From assembly GCA_043228905.1 (NCBI GenBank), contig JBHGNT010000021.1, forward strand, positions 7,626,001 to 7,690,000: 64,000 nucleotides of DNA. The letters are read 5' to 3'. This stretch comes from Azolla caroliniana (taxonomy: Eukaryota; Plantae; Polypodiophyta). The notes under the pieces were generated by a model. That model saw nothing but the letters and a program-made list of their open reading frames with translations. It was not told where the DNA came from and searched no databases. Positions 49,910 to 62,843 of the stretch are shown here, piece after piece (position 1 is the first letter of the stretch; every line of letters starts with the position of its first letter). A program made the position numbers and the translations under genes.

Positions 49910-52900
49910 GGCCACCAGTACTTCCCCTTTAGTTTCTCAAACGTGGCCCACGTCCCACGGTGTCCAGCCCAAGGGCTATCGTGGTAGGCTTTCAACAATT
50001 CCTCTTGTTCCTCCTTCGTCGCCACTACTCGGAGCGGGATGTCGTTCCTCTTCTTCGGGTGCTTCCACAAGTATCCGTCCCGGAGAAAGAACCGGTACGC
50101 TTTCTTCCGGATCCGGTTGGCCTCGTCCCTTGTCCACGATGCGTTTGGCATCATTGTCCTTAAGAATCCCCCAATCTGCAGCCACTCCCCGTCGTACTTG
50201 CTCTCGTTGAAATCGTTAAGCGCCAGAGTGCTCCCCCCCTCGGTTGTTACGTAAGCCGCCTCGAAGAAGTCTACGCCGACTTCCTCGTCCTCCGAAACCA
50301 TGCCGCCCTCGAAAGCATGTCGGCCATGGCATTGTCCTTCCCGAAAATGTGTCGTATTTCCGGATCCAGAGACTTGATGTACGCTATCCACCTGAGCATT
50401 GCCAAGTCCGGGGTTGCGCATCCGGAAACCATGCCGAGGATCGGCAGGCAGTCCGTCTCGATAATCACCTCTGTCCCGATCAGATAGTCTTTATCGGCCT
50501 TTACCGCCGTAACGATACCCCAGAGTTCGCGTTTAACCTGGGCGTATCCTCGTTGTCGCTCGCTGAGGACCTTCGCGCCGAACCGGATTGGGAACCGAAT
50601 ACCATCCTCATCTTCTTGGTTGACGACCCATCCGATCCCGGTCGGACTTGTATCTACCATTATGTAGATGGGGGTGCCTTTCTCGTAGACAGCCTTCCGG
50701 AGCGCCGGTGCTGCAGCAAGAGCCTCCTTCATTTTTCAGACTGACTCTGTATGCTCGACTCGCCACTCGAATTTTTGCCCCTTTTTCAGCAACCCGTATA
50801 GCGGCTCGGCAACGTGGGCGTAATGCGGGATCCATATGTGGTAGAACGTGCATGCTCCCAAGAACCTCCGTACCTCCGTGACCGAGTTACAATCGGGCTT
50901 CATAGCGGAGATGGCTTCTACCTTGGCCGGAGACGGTTTCCGGCCATACGCTCCGCATAGATGTCCGACGACCATGATCTCCGATTGCCCGAAGGCCGAT
51001 TTCTCCCCGGAGAAGGTGAGCCTCGCGTCCTCTAGCCTCTGCAGCACCCTCTCGCAGTCGTCAATGTGTGTCGCCACGAATTTCCGGCATCTGTCCGGTC
51101 CGATCGTTTCGTCCTTTTCCTCCACCGGACATCCCTTGATCGGGATGTCATCCAAGAATGGCATGGTGATGTCCGGGATACAATCCCTTAGCACCTTGTT
51201 CATCACATTCACCATGTGGGCCACCGAGTTCGTCCCTCCCTGTGGCAGGGTACACATCCGCACTAGGCCGAGAGGAGTCCGCATCGTCGTAATGTCTCTG
51301 CTTTCTACGGCTAGTTGGAACTGATCGTACCCCGAGTACAGATCACCGACCGAGTAGATCGACCTTCCGGCGAAGGCCTCCGCGAACTCGTCTATCATTG
51401 GTCCGATTCCTGCGTTCCGAATGGTCACTCTGTTGACCGGTTGCAGGTCTTGAATGAAGCGCAACGCCCCGTTCTTCTTCGGTACGGTAAACCACCGGTT
51501 CGAGTACGGGGCACTCGACGGTTCGAGGATGCCCATATCAACTTTCTGCCTCAATAGCTCCATCAGCTTCGGGATGTGAGCTCTCGGTACCGAAATTGGT
51601 TTGAGATTCCACGGCACATGCGGTACCGTGAATATCACCATCGGCTTCACGACTATCGGGTCTACGCACCCGATCTCTCCCGGCGAGAATGCGAAGGCTT
51701 TCCCGTGCCTTCCGAGCATTCTCCGAAACCGGTCTTCTTCCGCTGGCAGTAGGAACCCGCCCCCACCGACCTTGAGCTCCCGTAGCGTTCTGTCGGTGAA
51801 GGCGTGCCCTATGCAGGCCGGATCTCGTAAACTGGGGTCCGACACGACCCCCTTGATTCGTAATTCACTGCCCTCCGGTAAGGGTGTCGCGACTGGCCTC
51901 ACCTTCCGGTCCACAGTCTTGTACTTCGTGTTAACCCGGGCCGTCCTCTCCGACTCGAGCCCTCGACTGAAGTCCGCGATGACTTCGTACATTTCTTCAG
52001 AACAAACCGGTATCGTCCGGTCCTCTTTAAGGCCCTCTTCGACCATCCCTCGCAGTATTCCCAAGGTATCGTCGAAGGAGACCGCCTCCACGGCTCCGTT
52101 GATTTCCTCACTGGGCCCGAGAACTCCGCAAGCCCGAAGTCGCTCTTCCGCCCTTGTCTTTTCTCGGCCTACGACGCCGACTATCGTACACCCTCCGTTG
52201 TCGGAGAAACAAAACTTCCTACTTATGGTACAAGGTTTCTTCGGTTTCACTTCTATCGTACATTTGTGGGGTTTTCCTGGACTGTCCGGACTGTCGCGGC
52301 CCCACGCCTTGGCAGCCCTCTCTAAAAATCCTCTCGGTTCTCGCCACCGAGGGACTCGCGGTTTCGCTCGTGGTTCGGTCGCACCGTCAGGAACTGGACC
52401 GAATGACGCTCGTCCTGACTTTTGACCCTCGCGTAAGCTGACCCGTTGTCCAGCACCTTGGTCTCCATTCGCGCCGCCGTAATGTACGGTTCCCCTAGAA
52501 TGACCGGGTGCGAGGACGTTTCCTGCACAAAGAAGTGCTGGTCTATTTCGACGTCGCTGATCTTGACTCGCACGTTTGGGCAGGCCCCGTGTAGTTCCTC
52601 GATGGTGCGCGTCGCCGCCCGTATCTTCCATCTGTGCTTAGTGTTGATCAGACATTTCCCCTTTTTGTAGAAGTCCATGGACATCAGGTTTATTTCCGAA
52701 CCGTGGTCCACCAGTGCCACCACCGGTTCCTGAACATCTCCGATTTTCACCGGGGTTTCCGTGGTCGCTCGGGCCCAGTGTGGCCTCAAATAGTGGCTCT
52801 CCGCCCACTCGTCTTCCAACGCCATGTCCTCTATGTGCGCCGTCCACACTTCCACCGGCCTTTCCGGTTCTGCCTCCGTCGACAGCCTCTTCCTCTTCAC

Positions 52901-54440
52901 CAAGTCCACGATGGAGTCGTGGAACTCCTTCTTGGCTATCCCGAGCACCTCTCGCAACGACAGTTCCACCTTGCTGTCGAGGATTCGTTCTTCCAGGACC
53001 TTTCGTAGGTCCGTGGTCCTTTCGATCTCCGTGCCCAACTGGTATCCGCCCTTCTTGTGGTTATCCCGGGCACTGGACTCACCGGCCTCGTTCCGTTTCG
53101 GCCCGAATCGGGTTTCGTATCTCTGTGAGGGTCCGGCCCCTCCGTTTTTACCTACCCGTTTGTCTTCAACCAGAGCCTCGTAGTTCTGGCAAGCTGCTTC
53201 GACGAAACCCGTCTTTTCTTCGACCAGGTCACTCCACCCGGTTACCCCCTAGACCCGCTTCTCCGCGCGGTCTGCCTCGTCTCTCTTCAGTCGGGCACCA
53301 GCGAGGCCTTCCAGCACCGTCGGCCAGAACTCGGCTTTGCTCTCCTTCCGGGCCCCGTTGCCCTCGACCCGAATACCAGTTGACGCTGAGTAGTGGACGG
53401 TCTCCGTGTGCCAGGCTGCCGCCTCTTCCATCAGCCTTTTCATTCCTCCTCTCCCGTCGTTTCGGTTCAGGGACCTCCGGGTATCGCTGGCGTGCACTCG
53501 ACCTTCCCACAGGTACACTACCCGGCTTCTCAAAGCCTCCATAAAGTCCCCGCAGTCTTTCCGGATGTGACCGACCTCGTCGCACCACATGCACCTACTT
53601 GGCTGTCGGTCACGAGCCTGATCGCCGCCTTCCCTCCGAGCCTGGGCGATCTGGAGATCCTTTACCGATCGTGTCAACTCCTCCAGAGCTGTTCCCCCGG
53701 ACGAGCCTCTGATCACGCCGGTCGAAGGCGAACCGGTTTCGAGCCACTCCCGGGTCTCTTCCCTTCGTGCCTGCGGTATCGGTTCGAGCTTCCTTGCAGC
53801 GACAAGTCCCACCCCGATCGCCTCTGTATCAGCCCACTCCCACCGTTTGTCAAAACGGCCGCAGACTCTCTTTACCGCGGCCCAGTCGATCGTCAACCCG
53901 TCTTCGGTTTCCAGTAAGGAGCCAACTTGCCCCCGATCCCGTGCATCAACCGATTTGACAAACAGTAGGACACGACTTCTGTCCAGAACAGTCCAATCGA
54001 GCGCCGAAAGGCGCGCAAAGCGTTCCTCAAACTCCCGGAGGAGTACCGACGCATTTCTTCCTTTGTTGGGGGACTCCACCCACTCCATGAAGCTCCGCTT
54101 CGAAAGTCAAAGCGCGTCATCCAGCCCGTATTTCTCCAGGAGCCTTCCTTCGAACTCTTCCCAGGTCCGGCTCTCCGCCCAGACCTCGAGTACATCCGCA
54201 TGGATGCCTGGCATCGCCACTCGAGGGAATCCGGCAAGACGCCTCTCTTCCGGAATATCCCTCATCAACATCTCCGCCCGATAGGACGCCAAATAACTCG
54301 TGGCATCCTTTCCACTAAACCGGCCGATCATACCGACGATCGCCTCAATAGCCCTGTCAAGGGCGTCGGTGCCCTCGCGCGCGCTCACCATCCAGTCCAC
54401 AGCCGAAGCCATGGCCTCTGCAAGATCCAACCCCCTCATC
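49910..54440 (-). pseudogene. Phy gag-pol (frameshifted)
   Basis: ORFs 54107-54466, 53249-54088, 52322-53038, 50736-52631, 50271-50732 and 49882-50421 lie in domain order. Confidence 0.88.
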
Positions 54441-55131
54441 TTCTGCTCCTCTGCCGCCTGCTTCACGTCGGGTTCACCAAAGATGTCGCGTTACTACGTG
54501 TGTGCGTGGGGAAACGAGGCGGGACCACTGGGGTCTTGAACCGAAGAGCAGGTGATAGAAGGGGAAAAGAGAAGGAGAGAGACACTCGGTCACGTATGAG
54601 CAAAGAAACACAGGGGCATGGCCCGTCAACACAGAAGACGCGAATGGACACAGAGACAGGGAGACACAAGTGTTTGTATATTAACGAATAACAAGTACAC
54701 AGCAGAACACGCGAGCGGCTACAACCGAACAGGCCGGCGAACAGATGCCAATGCTTGTTCGTCTGCGCACGAAATGGGGATAGGATGGAGGTGTTGCCGG
54801 AAGCACACGGGCGTTCCTCGAAGCAGCGCGAGCCTCCCGAAACCTGCAGGGAAGAGCAACAGAGAACAGACAGAGGAGAAGCGTTCGGTTCCGGTCCGAC
54901 AGCACTTCGTCCTCCTGAATGCGCGATCCTTCTCCCTGCGTCTCCCTCTCCTTTATATCGTTTAAGAAGGAAGCCGTCTCCCTCCTTTACTTCCTACCTA
55001 CCGAATCTAACTACCCGGATATGCCTTCGTACTTAATTCTCTATTATATACATTAAGAGCGCACACACGTGAAGGGCCGGTTCATGTGCGCTATTCACTG
55101 ATTGCGCCAGGGGACGGTTTTCTTCACGACA
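49910..55131 (-). mobile_element. Phy: 3'-truncated, formerly autonomous non-chromoviral Gypsy (tRNA-Trp PBS; Phygy/Selgy-like by inference)
   Basis: 5' LTR 54484-55131, PBS 54462-54479. Gag with CMWCDEVGHIRKDC, protease LVDHGSE, RT TMPFLDDI, RNase H VDTSPTGIG/ETDC, integrase start YHDSPWAGH. Truncated at a GGCC junction with Copia E. Confidence 0.88.
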
Positions 55132-57039
55132 CCGTTCCGGATGCTACCCGTGTAGCCTTCATCATCTAGTCGACCGGCTGATATCAGGTTCAGACGAACC
55201 TCTGGAACGTGTCGGACATCCTTCAGCAGTAGCTTGTATCCGGTTGATGTTGTCAGCCACACGTCTCCTATGCCGACAATTCGGCATGTACCTTCATTCC
55301 CCATTCGGACACAACCGTGATCACCGGCTGAGTAGGATGAGAAGCATTTCCGGTCCGAGGTAAGGTGGAACGACACTCCGGAGTCGACCACCTAGGTCAT
55401 CTCGTCGCCGGCAAGGTTTATCTCACTCTCCTCGGTGATGAGCATCAACTCTTCTTCTCTTGCCGCGATTGCCGTCGTTCCCATCCGGTCCGTTCCCCTC
55501 CGGTCTTTACCGTTCCGGTCCGGTGTCCGCTTCGAATCGGTACCGTCGGTTTCCTTGTCTTTTCGGAAGTGCCGACAGTTCTTCTGGAAGTGTCTCGGCT
55601 TGCCGCAATAGAAGCAAGTAGGCCTCCCCCTTGAATTTGACCGTGTCCCCGACTTTTCCCGGTTTTGGGGACTACGGTTCCTTTGTCTTCCGCGTTCCGA
55701 TTCGGTAAGGAGCGTTTTGGAGTCGGAGCTCATATCCTTATCTTTCCGACATGCCTCTTCATCTAGCAAGCTCGACTTCACTCTTTCTAGGGATAACCGT
55801 TTCCCTTCCGGCCCGGCATTGCCCAAAGTGACAACCAACGTCTCCCAACTATTTGGGAGGGAACCAAGCAGGAGTAGCGCTAGTACCTCATCGGCGAGAG
55901 ATACTTCCAATGATGTTGCCTGGTGGATCAGCCCCTGGAAGGCATTCATGTGCTCCGCCATGCTGGAGCCATCTTGGTACCGGAGTCTTACTAGCTTCCG
56001 GAATACCGAAACCTGATTAACAACATTTTTGTTTTGAAACATAATGTCGATCTTCTCCCAGAGCTCATGAGCCTTGCTCTCTTCATTGAAGTTGTTGTAT
56101 AGACTCATGTCGATGAAGCACCGTATGTACGTCGTTGTCTTCATGTGCATCACCTCCCATATTGTGGCGTCGATTTTGTCCGGTCTCTTGTCCCCGAACT
56201 GAACCGGCAACCAAAGATCTTTAACCACGAGCATGTCCCTCATCTTCGACTTCCACATGGAATAGTTGGAGCCGGTGAGCTTGAACATGCCTCCCAACGA
56301 ATCATCCATTTTCTGTGTCGTTTCGCTCTGATACCACTTTGACAGGAACACACGCTCCCAATGAACAACGCTCGGCCACAACCGAGCTTAGAATCAAAAC
56401 ACACAAAAAAACGGGAATGAATGCACCACACAATGGAGAGAAGAGAACACAAGATGTTAACGTGGAAAAACCCAAACTAGGGAAAAAAAACCACAGCAGC
56501 CCACAGACTGCAAACTATCACTATGTCAGAATGTACAAAATGGTAAAGCACCGAAGCAATGACCTCGAGCTTTCTATCTTCGCCACAGGCGGCGGTTACA
56601 ACAGAGGCAACGACCTCTTCCTCTCTCTCACTCTCTCTGTACACAGTTACGTGCTCTAATCTTGCGCCAACAAGAATAACAAATTTTTCTACTAAGTTTG
56701 CCCTAAGTCATATTTATACTAATATGACTTTTCGCCTATTTACAAATATAGCCCCGATGGACTCTCAGAAACATATTTACGAATATGTCCCTTCATCCGG
56801 TGAGCACTCCTCACCGGGCCTGCATCATCCGGCGCTTGCCGGGTACTTGTCATCCGGTTCTCACCGGGTCTTCCATAGCCGGGTACTCCACATCCGGTTT
56901 TCACCAGGTCTTCCGTAGCAGGGTACTTGTCATCCGGTTCTCACCAGGTCTTCCGTAGCCGGGTACTCCACATCCAGTTTGCTCATCAGTATTGATCTTC
57001 TCACTTCCCATCCGGAGGGATCTGTTTCCTAACATGACA

Positions 57040-57566
57040 TTGGAGATCGTGTGTGGCTACTACGACGACACATCAAGACTACTCGCCCATGCGAGAAGTT
57101 GGATTACCGGCGATTAGGTGCTTTCCGTATTATCGAAAAAATAAATGATGTCTATTTTCGTCTCGATCTACCTCCACAACTTCGGATACATCCGGTGTTT
57201 CATAGTTCTCTCCTCGAACCCTATCAAGACAGCACCATCCCATGTCGTATTAAACAACCTCCACCCCCGATCAAGCTTGAAGATGGACCTGAGTACGAGG
57301 TTGCCGCCATCCTCGATTCCAAGATTGTACACAACAAGCTCTACTATTTAGTCGATTGGCTAGGATATAGTCCCATCGAGCGTACTTGGGAACCAATTCT
57401 CTCCCCGATCGAGCTTGAAGATGGACCTGAGTACGAGGTTGCCGCCATCCTCGATTCCAAGATTGTTCGCAACAAGCTCTACTATTTAGTCGATTGGCTA
57501 GGATATAGTCCTAGCGAGCGTACTTGGGAACCAAGAGAATGTGACCAATGCTCGTGCTCTTCTTGA
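57040..57566 (+). pseudogene. Chromovirus integrase C-terminus with tandemly duplicated chromodomain
   Basis: IHPVFHSSLLEPY followed by EYEVAAILDSKIV.NKLYYLVDWLGYSP.ERTWEP twice (138-bp period). Confidence 0.9.
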
Positions 57567-57941
57567 AGACTTGCATCGTCAATATCCAGACAAATCGGGT
57601 CCTCAATCCAAAACAACTCGTGACACTCGTCGTTTTAAAGGGGGGATAGTGTCATGATATGGCAAGACTCGAACCCATGACCTTATGTTACAAGGGTCAA
57701 GCTCTTGACCATTAGACTATATGTTGTAATACGAAGGATATTATTTTCATTTAGGCTTTACTATAGAAAATTGATGTATATTCCAAATTTCTCTTGAACA
57801 TTCTAGAAACTTCAGGAGTACTCCTGAGAACACTATAAAAGAAGGCACAAGGCATTATTTCGAACCAAATCGGTTCAACGCCAGTCTTAAGCCTCCTAGC
57901 TACTATTGTATATTCCCTTAACATAATATATATCTTTTGTT

Positions 57942-57993
<52 letters not shown>

Positions 57994-58012
57994 AGACTAA
58001 CCCACGCCTTTT

Positions 58013-59401
58013 ACGACTATGATTTTGGAATTGCAATGGATACCCATGGAATGCGGGATTTGGCATAGAGGAGTTCATTGATGACTCAGATATCACGCTT
58101 CTTGTTGAAACATGGGAGCATGATACTCAATGGATTCAAGGTTTAGGAAACTATAATGTACACTCTTTGATATGGAAGAAAAATCAAAGACAAAGAAGAG
58201 GACAAGGAGGGGTGGCATGTTTGATTAAGAAGGAAATAGAGAAAGTGTCAATCATAAAAAATGATGAACATAAATGCTACATATGGCTCAAAATAGAAAC
58301 ACCTAATGATTTGCCCACTTTTGTAGTTAGATGTTACATTCCTCATCAAGATTCTAACTTTTATGCTTGTTTGGATAAAGATCAACTTTTTGCCAATCTA
58401 GAAGATGATATTGCTTATTTCAAATCCAATGGGGAAGTTATTGTCTTTGGTGACAGGAATACTCGTACAAGAAGTTTCCAACTTGATTCACAAGAATCTT
58501 TCATGCCACATATCTCAAGGATGCAAGAGGATATGCAAATGTATAGTCGATCTTCTATCGATGAAAAAGATGCGGACCAATTTGGGAAGTTACTCCTACA
58601 AATGTGCAATAGTACCGTATTGCTTATTGCAAATGGTATTTCCTTATGGCCCAACACTAATGGTTTTACATGTTGAAAACACAACGGAAATAGTGTGATT
58701 GACTATGTGCTACTTTCCGAAGGTATTTTGGATTGTATACATAAATTCTCACTTGGTGAATGAACACCGGAATTCGATCATAGGCCTTTATGTATTGATC
58801 TCAAATGTATGCATAGGTTTGATTGTGAGAAGGTTGTTGAAGATAATAAACAACCACACTTGAGCATGAACCTTAAGCGAGCACCCATGTATTCCAAGAT
58901 GGTTGAGGATATGTTACAAATGACAAAGATACAACATGGTGCCACACTAGAATGCAAATGGGAAGCTTTTAAGAAAGTCATTCTCTCATGTACAAACAAA
59001 TGTTTTTCGACCAACCGCACATCTTGGAAATACACCAAGAAACTTAGGAAAAAATGGTTTGATAAAGAATGTCGTGAAGCTCGAAAGTGCCTTATAGTTT
59101 TGGATGTAGTTAAGGATAAAGAGAATTGCCAAAAGCATTTGCATGAGTATAAAAGGCTTATTCAAAGAAAGAGAAGAATATGGGAAGTTACTCAACAATT
59201 TATCCAAACGCAAGAGAAATCACATGCATGTGCTAAATTTTGGGGAAATCTAAAGGGGAAACTTTGTCGTGAAGATTTTCGTCCACAAGCGGAAACCCGA
59301 GCAACGAGAGCCAAAGAGCGATGTGCAACGTTGCACACGTACATAATGTATTTGTAATAGAAATAAAGGTATAAAGGTGATGTGGTCGTACGCACATCCA
59401 C

Positions 59402-59445
<44 letters not shown>

Positions 59446-62065
59446 TACTATGCGGTACATAGGTACCTAGTTGTTTGTGAGGAGGTGGGAGTTAAGGGGG
59501 CCATCAATCTCACCCTCCCCCAAATCAAGGCAAATATCCCCTTTGAATGAAAGGGGATATTTTAGTCTCACGTTTGTAAACAGTCTTCCCTCCTTGTGCT
59601 ATAAAAGGAGAGGGAAGGCACCATTGTGGGAGTTGCCTATTTTGAGTGTGCGAGGTATACCACATAGGTCGAGCGTTAGGGTTAGGGTTAGGGTTTCTTT
59701 ATCTTTGTCTTCATCTTCGTCGGTTAGGGTTTCGAGTAGTCGTTTGGTGCGGCCTATGCGGCCACCATTTTTGTAATCGTTCATTTCGTTTTAATATATC
59801 TTGTTGATAATCTTGCCTCCATCTTCCTCTTGTTCGATCTAATCTCTTGTTCATTCTTCTTCTTCTTGAGCAAAGCTTCCATTCCATGTATGATTCCTTC
59901 TCCTCTACTCCTTAGTCCAAGACCCCCGTGGTCCCGCCCTTCTCCACGCACGCGCGTAGCAACGCGACAACGTGTTGAGAGTTATGGTGACTTAACTCTT
60001 CACGACTTGTCTATGCATTGTAAGAATTTATATGAGTTATCTCTTGCCGGAAAGATGATGTGTTATGGTTCTCTTTCACATATGCCTCCCTTCTTTACAA
60101 TTAAAGATATATGCATAGGACTTAAGAAATTGGTCTCTCGAAAGACAAGCGATCTTCAATGTATAAAGGCTGAAATGCTCAAATGGATGGGAAAGGAAGC
60201 ACATATATGGATAAGCGATATGTTTAATGATGCATTGCAACATGGTATGTCGTACGATTGGACTACAAATTGGATCAAACCTTTACATAAAGGTGGAGAT
60301 ATAAATAATGTAAACAACTATCGAACCATCATGGTTGGCTCATTAATGGTAAAACTATTTGGATGTATAATGGAATCAAAGATAAGTGTATGGGCTAAAA
60401 AAAAATGGTAAGAGAGCTTATGGACAAGCCGGCTTTTGGAAACACCATAGCACCATTGATCACCTTATCACCTTTCGAGTATTAATGGAGGAAAGTCGCC
60501 TTAGAGGTAAAGGTTTATATTGTTTCTTTGTAGACTTCAAGAAAGCTTTTGATATGGTACCTCCTGAGCATCTTTGGAGGCGAATGGAAGAACTTGAGGT
60601 GCCAAGTGAATATATGCTTGCAATTTCCCGAATTTATGAGAAGGTTATATGTTGTGTGCACATGAGAGATAAACTTTCAAATTTTTTCAAAAGCACTATT
60701 GGTGTTAAGCAAGGATGCCCACTCTCACCAACACTATTTGGTCTGTGCATTGATGAATTAGAAGAAATGGTTACCAAGTTTGCAAAGGAAGAATGTGTTG
60801 AAGAAGTTGCCATTGGGAATGTTGTGATTATGCTTTTGCTATATGCAGATGATGTAGTGCTTTTTGCAAATACTTTAGGAGATGCACAAAAGCTTATGAA
60901 GGCATTGGAAAAAATCTGCATGCATACTAAATTAAGTGTAAATAGCTCAAAAACAAACATTATGCTTGTGAAGAGCCAACAAAGAGATCAACCATGCATT
61001 ATGTACAACAATGAGCCACTTGAATGTGTGGAAAGCTTCAAATATTTTGGCCTTGAAGTTCCTTCAAATAATAGATGGAATGAATGTGCTACACGCCGCT
61101 TAGAGGCAGGTAAGCGAGCATACTGTGAATTTGAGAACACATGCAATCTTGGAGATATTACGGGTTGGGTCCTCAAGAAATATCTTTTCGACACTTTGGT
61201 GACACCGGTTCTTCTCTATGGGGTGGAAGTATGGAGTGGTAGCATCCCTAAATCTATGTGGAAAGAGTTTGAAAATGTCCAAAAACATTTTCTTACAAAG
61301 TTTCTACAAGTTAAGAAACAAACACCCTACACCCTCCTCCTCCTTGAGACAGGATCACTTCCCATTGAGATCATGGCCATGGAAAGGGTTGTTGAATATA
61401 TGCTTAAGGTTCAAAAAAGTCCCTCACATCAACTTCCTAGAATTGCATGGGAAGTAATCAAAAAGATCCAAAAGACGCATAAAAGCAAAATTTTATGTTC
61501 CAATTGGATGCAAGATATAGAAAAATGGTTTGGTAGATGGGATGCGAGACACTTGCTTCATGATGCATCATTAGATTCCTCTATAAATGAGGCCTTTTTG
61601 CAACGCCAATGTATCATGACATGGGATAAATGGGGAGGCTCACGCTTCACACATTATACTACACATGTTGCACCTAACTACAAAACTATATTCTTTGCAA
61701 AACAAGGAAATCGTACACATCGATACATGTTAGAGCCCATACCGTTATCTGTCATTCGAGCCATTGCTTCCATGCGACTTAGCTCACATGCATTGCGATG
61801 TGAAACAGGGCGTTGGGGCACAAGTGATGAGAGTGGTCGGCTATGCACACTTTGCCCTAAACAAGTTCACGAGTCTGAGTATCACACTTTGATACAATGC
61901 TCTGCCTTTGATCATATTCGCCCATGCTTTCCACATCTCTTCGACCGAGCCCAATCCTTGCATGAATTCCTCTCACAACCACAATGTGCACTCTTGATTG
62001 CAACCTTCATTGATAAAGTTCTTGAACATCGAGAGTCACTACTCACTTTCAGACGTATCACATGA
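58013..62065 (+). pseudogene. LINE2 ORF2 (APE-RT-CCHC); 559-aa RT/C-terminal segment still open
   Basis: ORFs 58167-58676, 58809-59264, 59970-60411 and 60386-62065. Confidence 0.9.
59265..59969 (+). mobile_element. S3: solo LTR of the Trp-primed Gypsy family in LINE2
   Basis: TGTCGTGAAGATTTTCG...AACGCGACA; TSD ACTT/ACGT; 3' half homologous to the TG1 LTR, 5' half different. Confidence 0.9.
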
Positions 62066-62117
62066 AATGTAATATTTTTAGTCTCATAGGTTATATTTGA
62101 CCTCCGAAGACGATAAT

Positions 62118-62179
<62 letters not shown>

Positions 62180-62577
62180 TCTCTCTCTCCTTCTCTCGAG
62201 AGTTCTACACCTCCCTTAGTACTAATCCTCATCTTTTAGTACTAATTCCTTCTTTGTTTTAGTATTGTTCCTTACAATACTTCTCTGTCTTGGTACTGCT
62301 CCTAACAGGTCTCTCGATCACCGACTAACCGCACTGGAGGGGGAGTACCAAAAAACAACAGTAATCATCGATGTCAAACAATAGTCGATCGATCGATCGA
62401 AACTTATCAAAGGAGTCGAAGTACGATAGCAATTGTGCCGAGAGCCAAACAAGGAGCACAAAGTAAAGAAGGAGTCGAAAGCCAAACAACCAAAACAACT
62501 CGAAAGCCGAATCAAAGTTTTTCGAAGATCAAACCGAACCAACGTTTTGACATTTGGAAGTTGTGTTCAAAGGAGGG

Positions 62578-62764
62578 TGTTGAGAATCGAACTCAACCTC
62601 CCATAGAGACAGTGTTCACACTACCCAATGGACATCATACTAGGCTAGATTTGTAATTAATAGAAAGGGCACTTGCCCTCGACTAGTTGGTATTTAAACC
62701 AACTCTTTGTAACTTAGTTACTGCTGGAGGTAATTCTATCTTTTTACTAATACAGCTCCTTGGT

Positions 62765-62843
<79 letters not shown>

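Larger units (their letters stand above)
46811..57034 (-). mobile_element. Ty1/Copia element E (Tnt1/Tork-like, same family as D) nested in chromovirus integrase
   Basis: LTRs 46811-47506 and 56340-57034, TSD TGACA, PBS 56325-56336, PPT at 47507. gag-PR 55136-56309; INT-RT-RH 47517-49909. Confidence 0.95.
57991..62121 (+). mobile_element. LINE2: ORF1-less copy of the same LINE, inside the (CT)n tract of the chromovirus 3' LTR
   Basis: Collinear with LINE1 from ~4303 on; (CT)n on both sides; ends GATAATATAAT with no poly(A). Confidence 0.92.
42005..62307 (+). mobile_element. Ty3/Gypsy chromovirus (Tcn1/Tf1-like, self-priming), decayed, nested at the 3' end of Copia A
   Basis: LTRs 42005-42460 and 57650-62307 (split by LINE2), TSD GGTCT (42000-42004, 62308-62312), PPT AAAGGGGGGATAG before 57650. 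gag-PR-RT-RH-INT-chromodomain order. Confidence 0.95.

Noticed and set aside
50736-52631. 631-aa ORF as an intact protein
   Set aside because: The N-terminal part is an alternative frame overlapping the protease; only the RT portion is recognisable and the element is frameshifted and truncated.
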